Source: Podarcis pityusensis (lineage: Eukaryota). From it: DNA of 64,000 nt. A program made the position numbers and the translations under genes. The notes beneath the pieces are model-generated. The model was not told where the DNA came from. It did no database searches and was given only the letters and a program-made list of their open reading frames with translations. The stretch lies in the NCBI GenBank assembly GCA_964106645.2, contig OZ067047.1; one strand, given 5' to 3'. This document shows, in pieces, positions 49,872 to 63,714 of this stretch (its first letter is position 1; each line of letters begins with the position of its first letter).

Positions 49872-52800
49872 CTGAAATTAATCAAAGGGTTTCACTGTAT
49901 AACACCTATAATAATCATAGCATTAACTGCCAAGTCCATGACTGGCAGAGTGGAACACATTTCATCAAAAGCCAGATTCTGGAAATGTCATTAGCAACTC
50001 TCTTTTTTTTCTTTTTGCATAACTTCATAGTGCTAAACTCCTCATCAGGACAGATAAGATTATATCCATATGTTGCAAGGGAGGAAAGTTTACATCTTTT
50101 TATATCACATATAACCAGACAAGGTGTCAAGGACTAAATGTCTTATCAAATTTCCCCTATAAGATGAAAGATTAGTAGGAAGGGAATGGGCACGTCAATT
50201 TACTGGTTAGGACGTGCTTGGTTAACCAGGCACATGCTGGGAATGGCAAATTTCTAAATGTTCTGCTGCTTTTGTGTCTCAGCTAAAGAATGATAAAGGA
50301 TAGAAGCAAAACATTGCTGCCAAAGGCCAGCACTGGAAATAAACAAACCTTGGCTGTGGCTCCTGGTTAAGGTGGTGAGAGCTTAATCATGAGTCCAGGT
50401 TTGGCAGATACACTAAGTCAAACCATGGCTTAGCTGATGCATTACATTACACTGAACTGAACCCAAGGGACATGGAGGGAGTAAAGCAACTGCAATCTCT
50501 TCCCCGGATGTCAGCACACTTCCACAGTCCTGGTAAACTACAGCTGCCTTACCATGATGTACAAACCAGGCCAGACTCACTCCATGTAGCTAAAAGATGC
50601 TTTCACTTCTTGAGTTTCACAATCACCAGATAATCATGTAATTTTTAAAATTATATTTATTATATCATTAAAAAATACTGTTGATGTTAATACACATATT
50701 TTTTTCCTAACTGATGTCTCAGTCCTCATACAGGTATTTAAAGGCAAAATAGTAAGAAATGAGAACTTCATGAGAGGAGGGGAAAAAAGAGCAAAACTGT
50801 TTTCCATGTCCCCTGCAAGTTACGTGTAATAATAAATTATAATTTCACACCTCCGGACAATCGAAAGGCATTGATATTTGCTTCTTCTGAAAACCCAAGG
50901 ATTACGGTACATTTAGTCTGATTCAGAGAACTAGCTTGTTTTGTGAGTATCTGGCACTTTTTTAGCACCTGATAAAAACAGAGCACACCTTGGAATGCTT
51001 TTCTAAAAGCATGTCTTTTAGAAAATAACAACCTGTCAGCTCTTTTGCTATGTTTACTACTTCCAAGTTGCTTATCTAATGGGTTTATTCAAAAGCATGC
51101 TGAAATGGATGAGGAAGCACACTGCAGAGCAGAATGCATGCTCCTGATAATATTTTTAAAATGTTTAAAAGAGCATCATAAACAGAAAATGACATCTGAT
51201 AAAATATACTGTGCTTGACTTTTGAATTTATTTTTTCAAGTTTCTGAGAAATAGTGAAGGCAGATAAGTAGTTTTTCATATTTGGCTTTGGCCAATGCAA
51301 TTATTAATTTACAGTAAACAAAGGTTTGGCAGCCATGACCTGAGGCAAATGGCCTAGTGCAGTTCTAATACTAAACAACGGCTTAATGTTGTGAGAATGA
51401 GCCAAGGAGAAACTTGAATTTCTGTGCCTCTGCTTTACTACTTCTTATTCTCCAAATCAGTGGTAAGGAGATTGAAAGAGTCCACCTTCAGTTTTGAATA
51501 AATCACAGTATCTCATTAACTCAGAATTCAGGAAACTGTGGCTAGTTTAACAAACCCAAATCGAACTGTGGCTTCAGATTCTAGTTTATTAACTAACCAA
51601 AATCAGAATAAACCACATTTTCCTGAGTTTCAACGTAACAGGAAACTGTGTTTTATTCAAAGTTGAAAATGGGAGCATTCTTCTTCCCTCATATAAGCAG
51701 GAGGGATGGAGAGGAGAGGCAGCAAGCCTGAGGCTCACTGCAGAACATCTTTGGGAAACCAAACCATGTTTTTTGTGTCTGTACTGGCCCTCTATATTTC
51801 AAAGTTCTTAGCTTGCAAGTTCTTGTTAACATAGACTCAAAGTATCTAGTTTCATAGATTAGAATGGGGTGACATATCTGTGTCCCTCCAAATGTTGCTG
51901 GTCAACAATTCCCATCAGCTTGAGCCAGCATTGCCAATGGTCAGGGATGATGGGAAACAGAGTCCAGCAACATCCAACCTTGTGCTAGGGAGCTGCAGAG
52001 CTGTGCGCTGTTAGATGTTCTAAGGCGAGAAAGCCTCAGCTTAAGGAAAACTAGACATGATGCAAGCGATCCATGATTATGCTCTTCCATTAGAAAAAAA
52101 AAAAAAAACAGCTGCACAAGAAGCTGAACCTCACTAGAAATGTGACATTGAGTGAGGAGTTGAACTATTTCCATCCTATATTCTCCCAATTAAAATCTCA
52201 ACCTCCTTCTGATGATTCTCTTTGCTCCACAGGGGAAAGTGTATGGATAACTATATGGTACCTTAAGCTTTCCCAATGGAACTCATGAAAAGCTCTCAAA
52301 GGTTAATTTTCATGGGGAAAATGTTTCCAAGGCACAGCAGTCCCAACCAGATTCACCTCCTCCCTGGCTGTTATTAATTTAAACAAACACAATAGATCTT
52401 AATCACCATCTTCGGCATGATGTCTATTTTAGCCGTTAAAAGGCATAAACTTTCTGAGATGCAGTGCACTCAAACTAACAGCGGCATACTGAGTACAGAG
52501 ATAGCCTGCTGGGTTGGGAAGACTACAGTGGCTTCTTATGAAATATGTTCACTCTGATCACGTTGGAAAAGCATCCATGTTTTTCAAACATATTTCATTT
52601 TTAAACCAGTTGACCCATCAAACTCAAAATGCCCATTTATCCAATTGACTGGCTAAGTTATATAAGAAAATAGACTACCTTCGGCTATGTTATCTTTCTG
52701 CTCTGTGTACTGCATTCTGCCCTCAATTAACCCCTCTAACTTAAATGATTGTTCTTGCTAAATGAGGCTGCACTTAGCTGAGCACAGAAACCAAGTCATC

Positions 52801-54787
52801 GTATGTCTATCGTTAAGAGCCATTATTCTGTGTCTGAACAACCTATCCCACAGATATCAAAGATTCCCTTAGCTATTCTCTGACATTCCAAAAGCCATAC
52901 AATTAATATGCCATATACGGTTTGACAGGTGTCACTGCTTCAGTTGTCCTGAATGAATTCCAATGATTATTTGATTTTAAGACTAGGGCATAATATCAAT
53001 ATATCACAGTGTTAAATATTAGGGAAAACAAAATCCAGATTCGCACTTTTGCACAATGACTTAAGAAATGTACAAAAGCTAAAATGGGAAAATATCCTTT
53101 TTTTATTTTTACCACCTACTTTAGCTCAAACTTGGCAGACCATTATTAAATGCACCACTTCAGCAATTCTGCTTGAGCCAAAGATACAACCGTGAAAATA
53201 TCTAGGTTAAATACTTTGGACTGTCTGTTGCTGGAAATCTTAGTGCTAGCTTTGACTGGCAGAGTTTGGCCTGCTGCCACTTCAATTTCGCAACAATGAA
53301 TGTAAATGACATAAACTGTTAATTCGCTCTTGTGCTCATGCCTGTGATTTGCCATTTTAAGGACAGAGCAGCTTGTAATAAGCTTAGCATTATAATTCCT
53401 ATGTTCACAGGCATACCAGAACTGCTGCTAAGAAGCGGGTCTGGACTGAAAAGGGTATTCAAATACTTGTGTAGACAAAAGAGAAGCTGCTTTCAAGGAG
53501 AAAAGGTTCAAACTGGCACCTAGCATCTGCACTACACTCACATAGCCCACTAATCACTAGAGTGATATGCACTATAAAATAATACACTCCTCTCTCCAGA
53601 ACTTTCCATTCAAAACAGAATATTTGTTTCCTTCAGTGTGATTCATTGCATCAGTCTAATCGAAAACCGGTTGCCTGAAGAATACATCAATAAGGGGAGA
53701 TGCAAGTGATGGATGAGTCTATAGCTTGGTCAACATTTTAAGGTGAACTAACTTAATTCACACCTCTCAAGCTTCTTTAAAGCTTCTTGTACCTCTCCAA
53801 ACTTTGTGACCTAATTCTCAGCTCAAAAAATGTGCAAAATGTCATGGCAAGATCCTCAAGTTATTTTAAAGCCCCATTCATGTATGATTTTTTTTAAAAA
53901 GTAGATTTAGAGTGCATTAAATGAACCAAAAACTAAGGCAGCCTTAGACTAAGGCAGTATAGTCATTACGAATCCACTAAGATGTGTCCATGCATACCAA
54001 AGTCATGTGTGGTACATAAAGAGGGCTGGGGGGGGGGGAGGAATGAACCAACTCTTTTGCTGTTTATAAGAGGTTCCCTGCCTTGTCATCTAGAAGAAAT
54101 CTTTTACTTGCCATAGGCTACTAGTGAAATAGTGGTTTACAAGCATGAACTAAGGATGTTCTGTATATATGAGTATTAAAGCAGTTTTTGCTTAAATAAA
54201 TTTGAAATGCAAATATGAAATTTATATCAATCAGTCTTCTCATTTGAATTACAAATGCATCTCTTCTGCATTAGTAACGATCAGACTTTCAGATAAACAG
54301 CAAAAGAGAGGCTCGCACTGATATTCAGCCTTAGAGAGTTTCGAACGGTTTGGTGAGATCAGGGAATGAAATATTAGTACCCAAAATATCTCCAACAGCC
54401 TACTCTCTTATATTAAATGCTTTGAACTAAAAATGTATAAAAATTCTGTTGATTTTTATCCTGGGAAAATTGAAGATACTGGTCACAAGGATCTAGGTGA
54501 GCAGAGCCAGCCAGCCACCCAACCTCTCCACTCCACCAGGCTATGTGTGTTTCAGGTGAGTGGGGATGTCATTCCATTCAGATCTACTGGCTGAGCTAGC
54601 AGCTGTCACCAGATGACACAGGCATCATTCCATCAGGGTTGAGCTCCCCGTTCTACTTGCTAAACATGCAGGTGGTAGGCCCATGGTGAGCTCCAAGGGT
54701 GGGGCTGAATGGACCTGGGATCCACTGAATCCCAAAGTTTGGTTGATGGCATTGAGGCTGATCCTGTGTGGGGTGGAGAGTAAGGAC

Positions 54788-55124
54788 CAGGGGCGGAGGA
54801 AGGGGTGTGTGGTGGGGACTAACTGCCCCAGGTGTCACAACTGAGGGGATGAGAAAATGCCAGCCAGCACTCACCGCGGGGCCTGCGGCACGCCCAAGCC
54901 ATGTGTCTCTCCTGGGAGTGACGCAGTGGGTTGGGTGCCTGCAGGCTCTGCACTGCCCCAAACAGTCCACCCACCGCCTCCCCCTCAGCTGTAGGGCAGC
55001 TGAGTGGGAGGAGGTAGGCAGACTCCTCAGAGGCCCGGTGGAGTGTCCTGCCCTGGCTGGCCCCACCCCCAGGTGCAGGCCATGTGTGCCACCCCAGGCG
55101 CCCGATTGGCTTGCTCCGCCGCTG
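54788..55124. mobile_element. GC-rich hAT non-autonomous element
   Basis: Ends CAGGGGCGGAG / CTCCGCCGCTG; perfect TSD GTAAGGAC. Confidence 0.85.
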
Positions 55125-55878
55125 GTAAGGACTGCAGCCTTAGAGAATGAGAGAAAGAATCACATGCATCAGCCTGCAGAAATCAGGCTTTACTTTTTCA
55201 GTGCAGCCAAATGCAAGTTTAGCAGTTAACAGGCATAGTAGGGAGACCTTAGACATAAAACCAGTGTATGAAAATCTCAGGTGCAAATCGGTGGTCAGCT
55301 TGAGGATAGCTCACTGCGTAGCCATAGGCAAACTGTAAAGCAGGATAAAATTTGCAAGGATAAAATGAAAGATAAACTGATATAAGCCATGAGCTTCTTA
55401 GAGGAAAGGGAGGGTAATACATAACAGTAGAATGCAATCACCTATCTTTTTATTTTCTAAGATACCCCACATGGTTGTCATGTATATATTTATTACTATT
55501 AATATAGTCACCACTATTATTTTCATACCCATTTATGCTAACTATTTCAAAACCTATAACCTATCAAAGACTCATATGCATACCAGCATACAGAATCTAC
55601 AAGTTAATTTTTTGCTGACAAAAACAGTTATTCAACTTAAATATATCCTATGATAACTGTGTGTTGGCTTCTTTGAAAAGCTTGAAACAGAACTTCATCC
55701 TTGTGAGTTTCCATTTCACGGAAGATCTAACTTTAAAATACTTAGCTACAACTTCTGTTTGTTTTTAAATCTGCCTCCATATCTGTTGCTGAGGTACTGC
55801 AACAGCATATCTATCCTGGCCTGAGATCCCAAACTTTCAATGTTTTTAATTTAAGAACAAAACAGCATGGCTTCTAGT

Positions 55879-56360
55879 CAAGGTGGATATGATTTGATTT
55901 AAGTAAGACTTGATTTAAATCTTTTACAAAAAGACTCATTCTTGCTGGTATAATCTTAGTATTTGCAACCAGATGAAGGTTTCATTTTCGGAATAATAAA
56001 TTCCCAGAGTAGCTTTTACAGTCCTATTAAAAAAAATACTGATTTGGTTATACTATTAGAAATACATAAACAGATAATTATGAAATTATTGTGAGGTTTA
56101 ATAAGTTAACTGTTTATATTTGGACAACTTTTCTGCTGTACTTTATTGGAAGTACATTTCCTTAATAACAATTGAAACAATTTATTTAACTAAAACAATA
56201 ACATTATAGCATATGTATCCATGTTTGTTAACTGATGTGGTTAAACAACTAGACTGAGTTTTAGCACACATGGAAAACTTAAAACAAATCCTTATTTCCT
56301 GATTAATAGCCTTTGGACTATAATGTAACTTAAATAGAAAACTATCTTTAGAAAGATTTT
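55879..56360. mobile_element. Truncated AT-rich hAT-like element (one end only)
   Basis: Begins CAAGGTGGATATGATTTGATTTAA...GATTTAAATC, resembling a known hAT terminus; second TIR not seen, ends in the 56340-56428 palindrome. Confidence 0.5.
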
Positions 56361-56428
56361 TAATAGACCAATCTTTTGGTAACTGTTACCAAAAGATTGG
56401 TCTATTAAAAATCTTTCTAAAGATAGTT
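56340..56428. repeat. Perfect inverted repeat, 44-bp arms, 1-nt spacer
   Basis: 56340-56383 is the exact reverse complement of 56385-56428. Confidence 0.97.
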
Positions 56429-56651
56429 CTGAATCGAATAGACCAGGGGAGAATCTCCCATCATTAACTTTCCTTAAGGTGGTATTGCTCTGTGATCAGT
56501 TTTTTGCCATTGTTTTAAGCAAATGCATTTTCTAAAATAATTAAATATATGGTGAAATATATTCAAATCCACTTCTTTGAATAAATAAAACCACTTCTTT
56601 GAAAAATAGCTTGCCACACTTAGTTACAGAAAAAGTAGAAACTCATCTTAC

Positions 56652-57684
56652 CTATAAATAAATGGTGCTACTGTGGCCGTATTTGGGTGGCTGTATTGCT
56701 GTTGCTGAGGAAGTTGCACAATGCTGCTTCCTGGTGCTTGCCCACTAGTTGCAGCAATGGAAAGAGCAGCAGACGAACTAGGGGTAAGAGCCATACCAGA
56801 TTCCTTTCCTTCAGAAGAGGGAAGACCAGAAGGAGTGTATGCTTTCTCATTACCTTGCGATTTTGCTGTTGACTGGGGTGGGTTCCCCTTTGCACTCCTC
56901 AATTTTTCCGCCTCTTTACTTCCTGAACATGCCGGTGAAGTACTTTGCTTTGATGTCGGTACTTTTGATCCAGGTTTTGGTATACCACTAGATGAAGGTA
57001 TTAGACTTTCCTTCTTGGCTGACGCAGCCTTGTTCCCCTTGGGGATCAGGCTTGCAATTTTTGAGGTCTTTTTTGCAGGTGTCTCCGTGGCCTGGTCCTT
57101 CTCTTCCTTTGCCGTCTTCTCAGTGCAAACTTTGTTTTTGTCCCTGCTCTTTTCCTCTTTGTCCTTTGGCTGTAGCAAAGACTTTTTATTGCTGAGATTT
57201 TTGCTTCCAGCTTTTGGAGGGGTTAGTTTAGGTGATATTTTAGGGCTGCTGCTGCTGGTGGAGCCACCACTGTTGAGACCACCGCTGAAGCCGTCCATTT
57301 CGCCACAATCTAAAAAGGCTTCTTCGTCTCTCCCGCTGTCACTGGGACCTGAACTGGATGACAAGGGAGGCCGCAAAACAGTCCTAGCGTTAACCAACTT
57401 GAATTTCTCTAACATGGATTTCTGCCCAGATGAAGGAGTTTTGGGACCTTCAGAAAGGGGTGGCTTAAGCCTATCTGAAGGTGGCGTAGGAGAGGTTGCG
57501 GGACTGGGCTGCTTGACAGACAGCATGGTAGAGGTGGCACTGTGTTTGACATTCATGGATTTGCTGCGCCAAGGCTTGCTGGCACTTGGAGAGGGGATGG
57601 CAGAGACCGGCTGCTGCCCAGTGCTGGTGGGATGCTGTACATTTCCATTCATGCCTGCAGATGGATGAGGACCTTTGGGTGATT
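56652..57684 (-). CDS. NAV3: NAV3 large Ser/Pro/Lys-rich coding exon (~exon 8), 1033 nt, with SxIP-like motifs (SAIP, SLIP x2, SGIP)
   Basis: Inside ORF 56648..57745; acceptor aaccag|AA, donor TATAG|gtaaga; phase 1 to 2; ends ...HPNTATVAPFIYR as in NAV3. Confidence 0.97.
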
Positions 57685-60600
57685 CTGGTTTTGAAAGAGA
57701 AAAACACGAGGGCATTAAAATGGCAGAGCTCCCCAAACTATGCATTCCAAATGATGATGATGATTTAAATTTGTATACTGCCCTATACCTGCAGGTCTCA
57801 GGGAAGTTCTAACATAAAAACACACAATACATAATAAAAACAAAAACAATCCAATAAACTTTCAATTAGTTGCACAACTGAAAGCACTGTGGCAACTGAG
57901 CCTTCTAAAACATGTTCCCATTGACCTAGTTTAAATACGTAAGCCTACCCTCTTATCGTTTCTCCAAACTTGTCAGAAACTTAAGTACAGAAGTACCTTT
58001 GGATTGCTTAAATTATTTTCCTCACAAATCATGCATTATAATTGCTGTTTTATGCTCAGCAATAAGTGTTTTGGATTGGAGGAAGCTTCAGCCGCCCACG
58101 TATTAACAGGAGCTCTGGATTACAAAAGGATATGGCACTGGGCTGGTGAGTAAAAGGAAGAGGAACATGAATCTGTAATTATTTCCTTAAAAAAATTAAT
58201 GGATGAAACTAACAGCCTTGTCCTAGAAGCCACTGTGCTAGTGAGAAAGTGTATAATTGCATGCTGCAAACAGATTCAGAATATTGTCCTGGAACAAAAA
58301 CCTAGGGTGATAACAGTGAGAAGGGTAACAGGAGGAATGAATCAAGATCTGAAATAATATTCTTATTGTGACATGCTAGAGGCCCTTTTGGCCACTACAG
58401 AGTCACCAAGGTCAACACAAGCCTATGTATCTGGTTTAACAGGATTGAAAGTGACAGACAGCACAGTAGGATAGGTCTGCCCCACTTGCCTCATGTAGGG
58501 TCCCCTCTAGCTATGTCGGCACCAGCTACTTCCACCTGCACAGTCACATCCATCAAATCGGGGGTAAATTAAGGCTGACACTGAATGCTCTCTGGCCTGG
58601 TTAGATTAAGGTTACCAATACCTGGTTTAAAAAATTCACCCCAGTGACCTTAACAGCAGCATGGAGGTATGGCATTCAGCAAGTGCATTTTATCTCGGGG
58701 CTTTAGCTCTATGACATGACTACTAAAGACATAAGGGCTCCTATGGGCAACATGAAGGAAATATCAGAAAGGTCAGGTGTAGGATTTTCTATGCAAAAGG
58801 AGATACACCAGAAATATTTGTAAGATAGAGGATAAGGGGAATAAATGAAGCTGAGTTGATAGAAGCAAGCACAGTATGGAAGTAAAGGAATAGCAGCGAT
58901 GAAACAATACAAGGGTGGTGGTGTTGTTTTCAGTGGTTTACCCAACAAATATATTGGTGGAATTGAATCTCAGTAATAAAAATAGGACAGGGCTAGAAAT
59001 TACCTGAGCAGATGGTATCACTATAAATTAAATAAAGGGAACAATTGAATTGAATCAGAACAAGATTGAAATTTCCACAGGCCTCAAGCTTGAAAAGGAT
59101 TGAGATAATTTAACTCCCATGTTTCTTTATAATACTGATCATGCCAAAAAGCTTCAAGACTGAAGTGCTTAACAATACTAGGGAAGCTTGAGAAATTAGT
59201 TTCCTGTGAATGTGACATGACCTGATCTCCACCATGTGGACTGATGCGTAGATTGGAATGTAAGTAGCCGCTGAATGTTGCTCCCTGCTCAAAAATCATG
59301 CCAACATGCATTTGACCATGCACACTTCAGAATAAAATATGTTTAGAATTCCAGACACTGAGATACAGTATGCATTTATCTACATATTTTGTCATGATAT
59401 ACGTGTTATAAGCATGTGTGTAAATACAGATTTTTGTGCAGATTATTTTAAAGCATTATCAGATTCATGTAGAAATGGTGCAAAGAAGACATAAGTGAAC
59501 ACATTATTGACAGTCCTACATACAGGAAAACATAGGGTGTTCAATGGTGTTGCTAAGATGACAGTAACACTCCTGTCAGCAGAACAGGGAGGGAAATAAT
59601 TTTTGATGATTCCACCCTCCCTTCCACCAGAGGCGTAGGAAAGTCAGGTGGTACCCAGTGCGAAAAATTTCTTGTCACCCCCCCACACATTTATTTATTT
59701 ATTTATTTGCCTGCAAAAATGGTTTTACGTTATTCATATTTTCTTACAAAGAAATAATAATAATAAACTTTTAGTTATATCGCACCCTCCCTGGCCGAAG
59801 TCGGGCTCAGGGCAGCTAACATCAGATACATAACATTGGTATAAAATCAAACAATAATTAAATTACTTCCTAAAAACATGTCAAAATCAAATTAAAGTCT
59901 AATTAGATTGCTTTCCGCAGGGTTAGGGTTGGGAACAGTAAGTGCTCCACTGAATTGAAATTTCAGCCTTCATGACATAGGAAAACAGCCAAGTAAACAG
60001 CTATTTTCGTGGAGGAGGGTCAAGATATTAACTGATATGCATGAAATTTCATATATAGTTATATAAACCCTAGTGTAGCAAGATAAGACCTTTGGAGCAG
60101 GCATTAAAAATAAATAAATTATGAACCGTCCTAGCAGGGCAGTAATTGTTCCTTGATAATTTGTCACCCCCTCCATGATGGAACATGGGGTGGACCATCC
60201 CCCGGCCCCTTCCTTCCACAGCTCCAATGACTCCCCATAACCTGGTCTAGGGGGTTGGGAGACCCTGCAGAGAAGATGCAGAGGCAAATGCAGGGGAAAG
60301 TGAAAAATTGCTTCACTCTCGATTCTGCAGGTGGAAGCCTCACAGTCAACTGAGCGACACCACTGGATACGATCCATGCTTCCCACTCAGTTTAGTATGT
60401 TTAAATAATTAGGAAGGCTGGAACAACTGCCCCATAAAGCCAAGGACAGTGGTAGTATCTGAGCAAAATATATTAACACTAAAGCTTTAGAGTAGAACTT
60501 TGGCTGTGATCTCACATGTGTGGTCTTAATAAAGAAAGTTATCTGATCTGTATCTGGATGTGTGTGTGTTTTTCAGTGCCCCCCCCCCCCGTTTTGTGAC

Positions 60601-60696
60601 ATAGCCATCAAAATGTTACAAAAGAGCACTGCAAAGGAACATGCCAGTGACAATGTTTAGGATAACTGATTTAGATTCAAATGATAGAACGTAGGC

Positions 60697-60831
60697 CAGG
60701 CTTCCTCAAATCGGCCCTCCAGATGTTTTGAGACTACAGTTCCCACCATCCCTGACCACTGGTCCTGCTAGCTAGGGATCATGGGAGTTGTAGGCCAAAA
60801 ACATCTGGAGGATCAAGTTTGAAGAAGCCTG
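60697..60831. mobile_element. Palindromic hAT MITE
   Basis: Same family as 2610; TSD ACGTAGGC/ACATAGGC (CpG decay). Confidence 0.88.
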
Positions 60832-62624
60832 ACATAGGCTTTGCTTCCAGAAGGTTCTATGGTCCTGGCCCAGCTTCTCTGGTACCAAAATTAGGAAAGA
60901 CTCCTGCCTGAGGCCCCTATTATTTAAGAATACACAAATCTGGGCTTGATAGGCCGCTGGCCTTGACTGAGGACCAAACTATGCATTATGATGAACATGA
61001 AGGCTGACCTACTGAAAGTAGCATCCACATCAATGTTTCTTACCCTTACAGAAGAATCCTGCAGAACAGCTGCTTTTTGCATTGAGAGGGAAGCCAAAGT
61101 CCATCTGCATTGGTACCAGTGGCAGCTTCTCTCCCAGTGCAAACAAAACCTTTGGGTGAGGACAGATTTTCTGTAGAAGTGTGCAAGGAGTTAAAAAGAA
61201 ACCCTACCCGGCTCCTCATAGCCCTGATCCTGATCACCCCCTCCCCACCACTGCTGCTATTTAAAGTAGAAAAAAAATAAGTACAAAAGGCAAAACTATA
61301 CATTTATTGTTTCCTACGTGAACGTAATTTGGTTTGGAATAAACCAAGCTAATTTGGAAAACAAAGCAAAGATTTGGGGAAAGGAAGTGTTAAATAGTGA
61401 TTACTCCATAGAAAACCACCAGTTATGTTTGCCCAACCACTGTACATAATTTAATTATTTAGATCACTTTTCCAGTTAGCTAAAAGGGATTTATAGCATG
61501 GATTTATGCTACTTAGTTCCATAGTATGTCAAAGAAAATGTAGCTAATGGTTTCAATTTGGAGCCCATGACACAAATGGAAAAGCAAGCCTGAGGACCCA
61601 ATAAAATAATCTGAGAATAATAGTTTGAAAAGAAATTGTAGCAGCATTTTTATGTCCTGAAAGCAGAGATTATGGAACATTCTGCTTTTACACATTAAAT
61701 CATATTTGTATATGGCTTAGCAAATAGTGACTAGCTTCACCAAGAACCTACCAAGACTCCCAGTTCAGTCTTCAAAATATTAGACTTGCATAGAGGGGCA
61801 GGAATGTGCATTTGGGGAAACTCCATCCTCAATTCCCCAGCACCACAAACGTGATAAGACATTCATGCCTCATCAGGATTTTCAGTTGTGTGGAGGTTTC
61901 TAAGCATCTTCCATCAAACACACACAGAAGCTTCTCTCAATTTTTTAATTCAATGCACAAAGCTCTGAGAGAAGCCCTCGCTGAAGGGGGAAATTAGGGC
62001 AGCGCTTATATTTGAAACCATTTTTTAGGATCCACTTTGTTCAGGAAAATGTTTTCCTTTTCAGGTTCAGCAACTCTGCATATTGGGTTATGGAAAATGT
62101 CTGCAGGTTGCTCTAATTTAATAGCCATGTGTCCCTGTAGCGCTGCATATGGTATTCTAAACCCCCTCCGTTTTTTTATTTTTTATTTATCTACTGCAAA
62201 ATTATTCCTACAGTAGCAGTAATGGGATTGATTTTGGCAAATAACAATATTAACCTTTAAGGGAAACTTTTGATGCAAGGTTAATTGTACAGCTACTCAG
62301 CACAAACAGCATGGATTATAAATATGAAACCCATAAATTATCATGAGATCTGAAGTATTTTGAGGATTCTCTTATGGCATAAAGGAACAATAAAATTATG
62401 GATAGTCATGCAAATTAGAACCAACTGTTTTCCCTTAAGTCCTTTGTTGCTCTCCTGATACATACTACCAGTATATATCTTGCGTCTGTTTATTTTTAAA
62501 GCCCACGATTAACCTAGCAATCAAAATGCATTACCTCTAAAGTATTATTAAGATTGCTGTACAACAGTAATTATTATATTGGTTAACAAATATGACGTAA
62601 CAGGTTCTCCTTCAATGTCTAAAG

Positions 62625-62810
62625 CAGGGGTTGTCAACCTGGTTCCTACCGCCCACTAGTAGGCGTTTCAGGATTCTAGGTGGGTGGTAGGGGGTTCTAC
62701 ATCACAAGCTGAATCCTCCTTCCATTGAGCACTGGTGGGCGGTAAGGAAATTTTACCATCAAGAAAGATGCATTAGTGGGCGGTAGGTATAAAAAGGTTG
62801 ACTACCCCTG
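62625..62810. mobile_element. hAT non-autonomous element
   Basis: TIRs CAGGGGTTGTCAACCT / AGGTTGACTACCCCTG; TSD GTCTAAAG/GTCTAAAC; internal TACCGCCCAC/GTGGGCGGTA repeats. Confidence 0.85.
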
Positions 62811-63574
62811 GTCTAAACGATGCTCCATAGGCATCAAATTCTCTTAATTATGAGGTGGATCCTACCACTACCCAAAATAGGTAGAGAATAACAGATTGAA
62901 CACAATGATAAGTAATGAAGATGAAATGTTAATATTGCTTAAAGAAACATCCTTAGAGAAAGATACCACAATAAAACTTGCTTGGTACAGAAATTTGCAG
63001 TGCCTGTGTGAATTAATTCCTCCCCCACATCTAACTGAACACTGGTGCTCATTCAATGACATCTACTCCCACCTTGTGGTAAAGCTGCTGCACATTACTT
63101 TTTAAAAATGTTCTATTTTCCTGACCCCTGAGATAGGAAGAAAAAAAAAAAGAATATTTCAGTGACTGAATATATGCAAGAATGATATTCTTGAAGGCAG
63201 AAGGTATATAATTTACCACAAGTGCGGAAGAGATGCTACAAGTATCATCCTTGATGCAGGATGCTTTAAGACTCCATTCAACACTGAGCCATCACCGAGT
63301 GTCAGATTTTATAAAGTTTCCACTGCTTAGGATTGAAATTTAGCCCCAAAAAACAGCTGCTGAAAATTTATATATATCCAACTGCAGCTCAAAACGTTAG
63401 ACATCTTTTGCCAGAAATAGAAGGATCCTCAGAGCCCAATTGAAAACTCAACAATTATATTCTACTTATATCTCAGAATTAGTATTTTAAACATTTCATG
63501 TTTTTTTCCTGATTTGTGTAGAACCTTTACAGATTTGTATGCTCAGTAAGCCTGGCATCCATTCAAACACTTAC

Positions 63575-63714
63575 CTTTTTCATTTCCATTTGCATATTGT
63601 GGAGGCTTGTTTTTGTCAATGCTATTAAAGCTCTGACTTCTCCGATTTAAATTTGAGGCTCCCTGGACTTTGGTACTGCTGCCTGCAGCTGGCACCCTTG
63701 AGGGCCCGGGAAGC
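63575..63714 (-). CDS. NAV3: NAV3 coding exon (~exon 7), 140 nt: LPGPSRVPAAGSSTKVQGASNLNRRSQSFNSIDKNKPPQYANGNEK
   Basis: Acceptor ttctag|G, donor AAG|gtaagt; ends in phase 1, matching the next exon; NAV3 peptide. Confidence 0.95.

Noticed and set aside
54653-55229. 137- and 153-aa ORFs on opposite strands
   Set aside because: They span the GC-rich hAT element 54788-55124.
56721-57668. 315-aa plus-strand ORF
   Set aside because: Antisense shadow lying entirely within the NAV3 large exon; no recognisable homology or independent gene signals.
59628-60230. Possible hAT-like element with a nested LINE tail (~59753-59830)
   Set aside because: Clearly repeat-derived, but I could not confirm matching TIRs or a TSD, so boundaries are unsupported.
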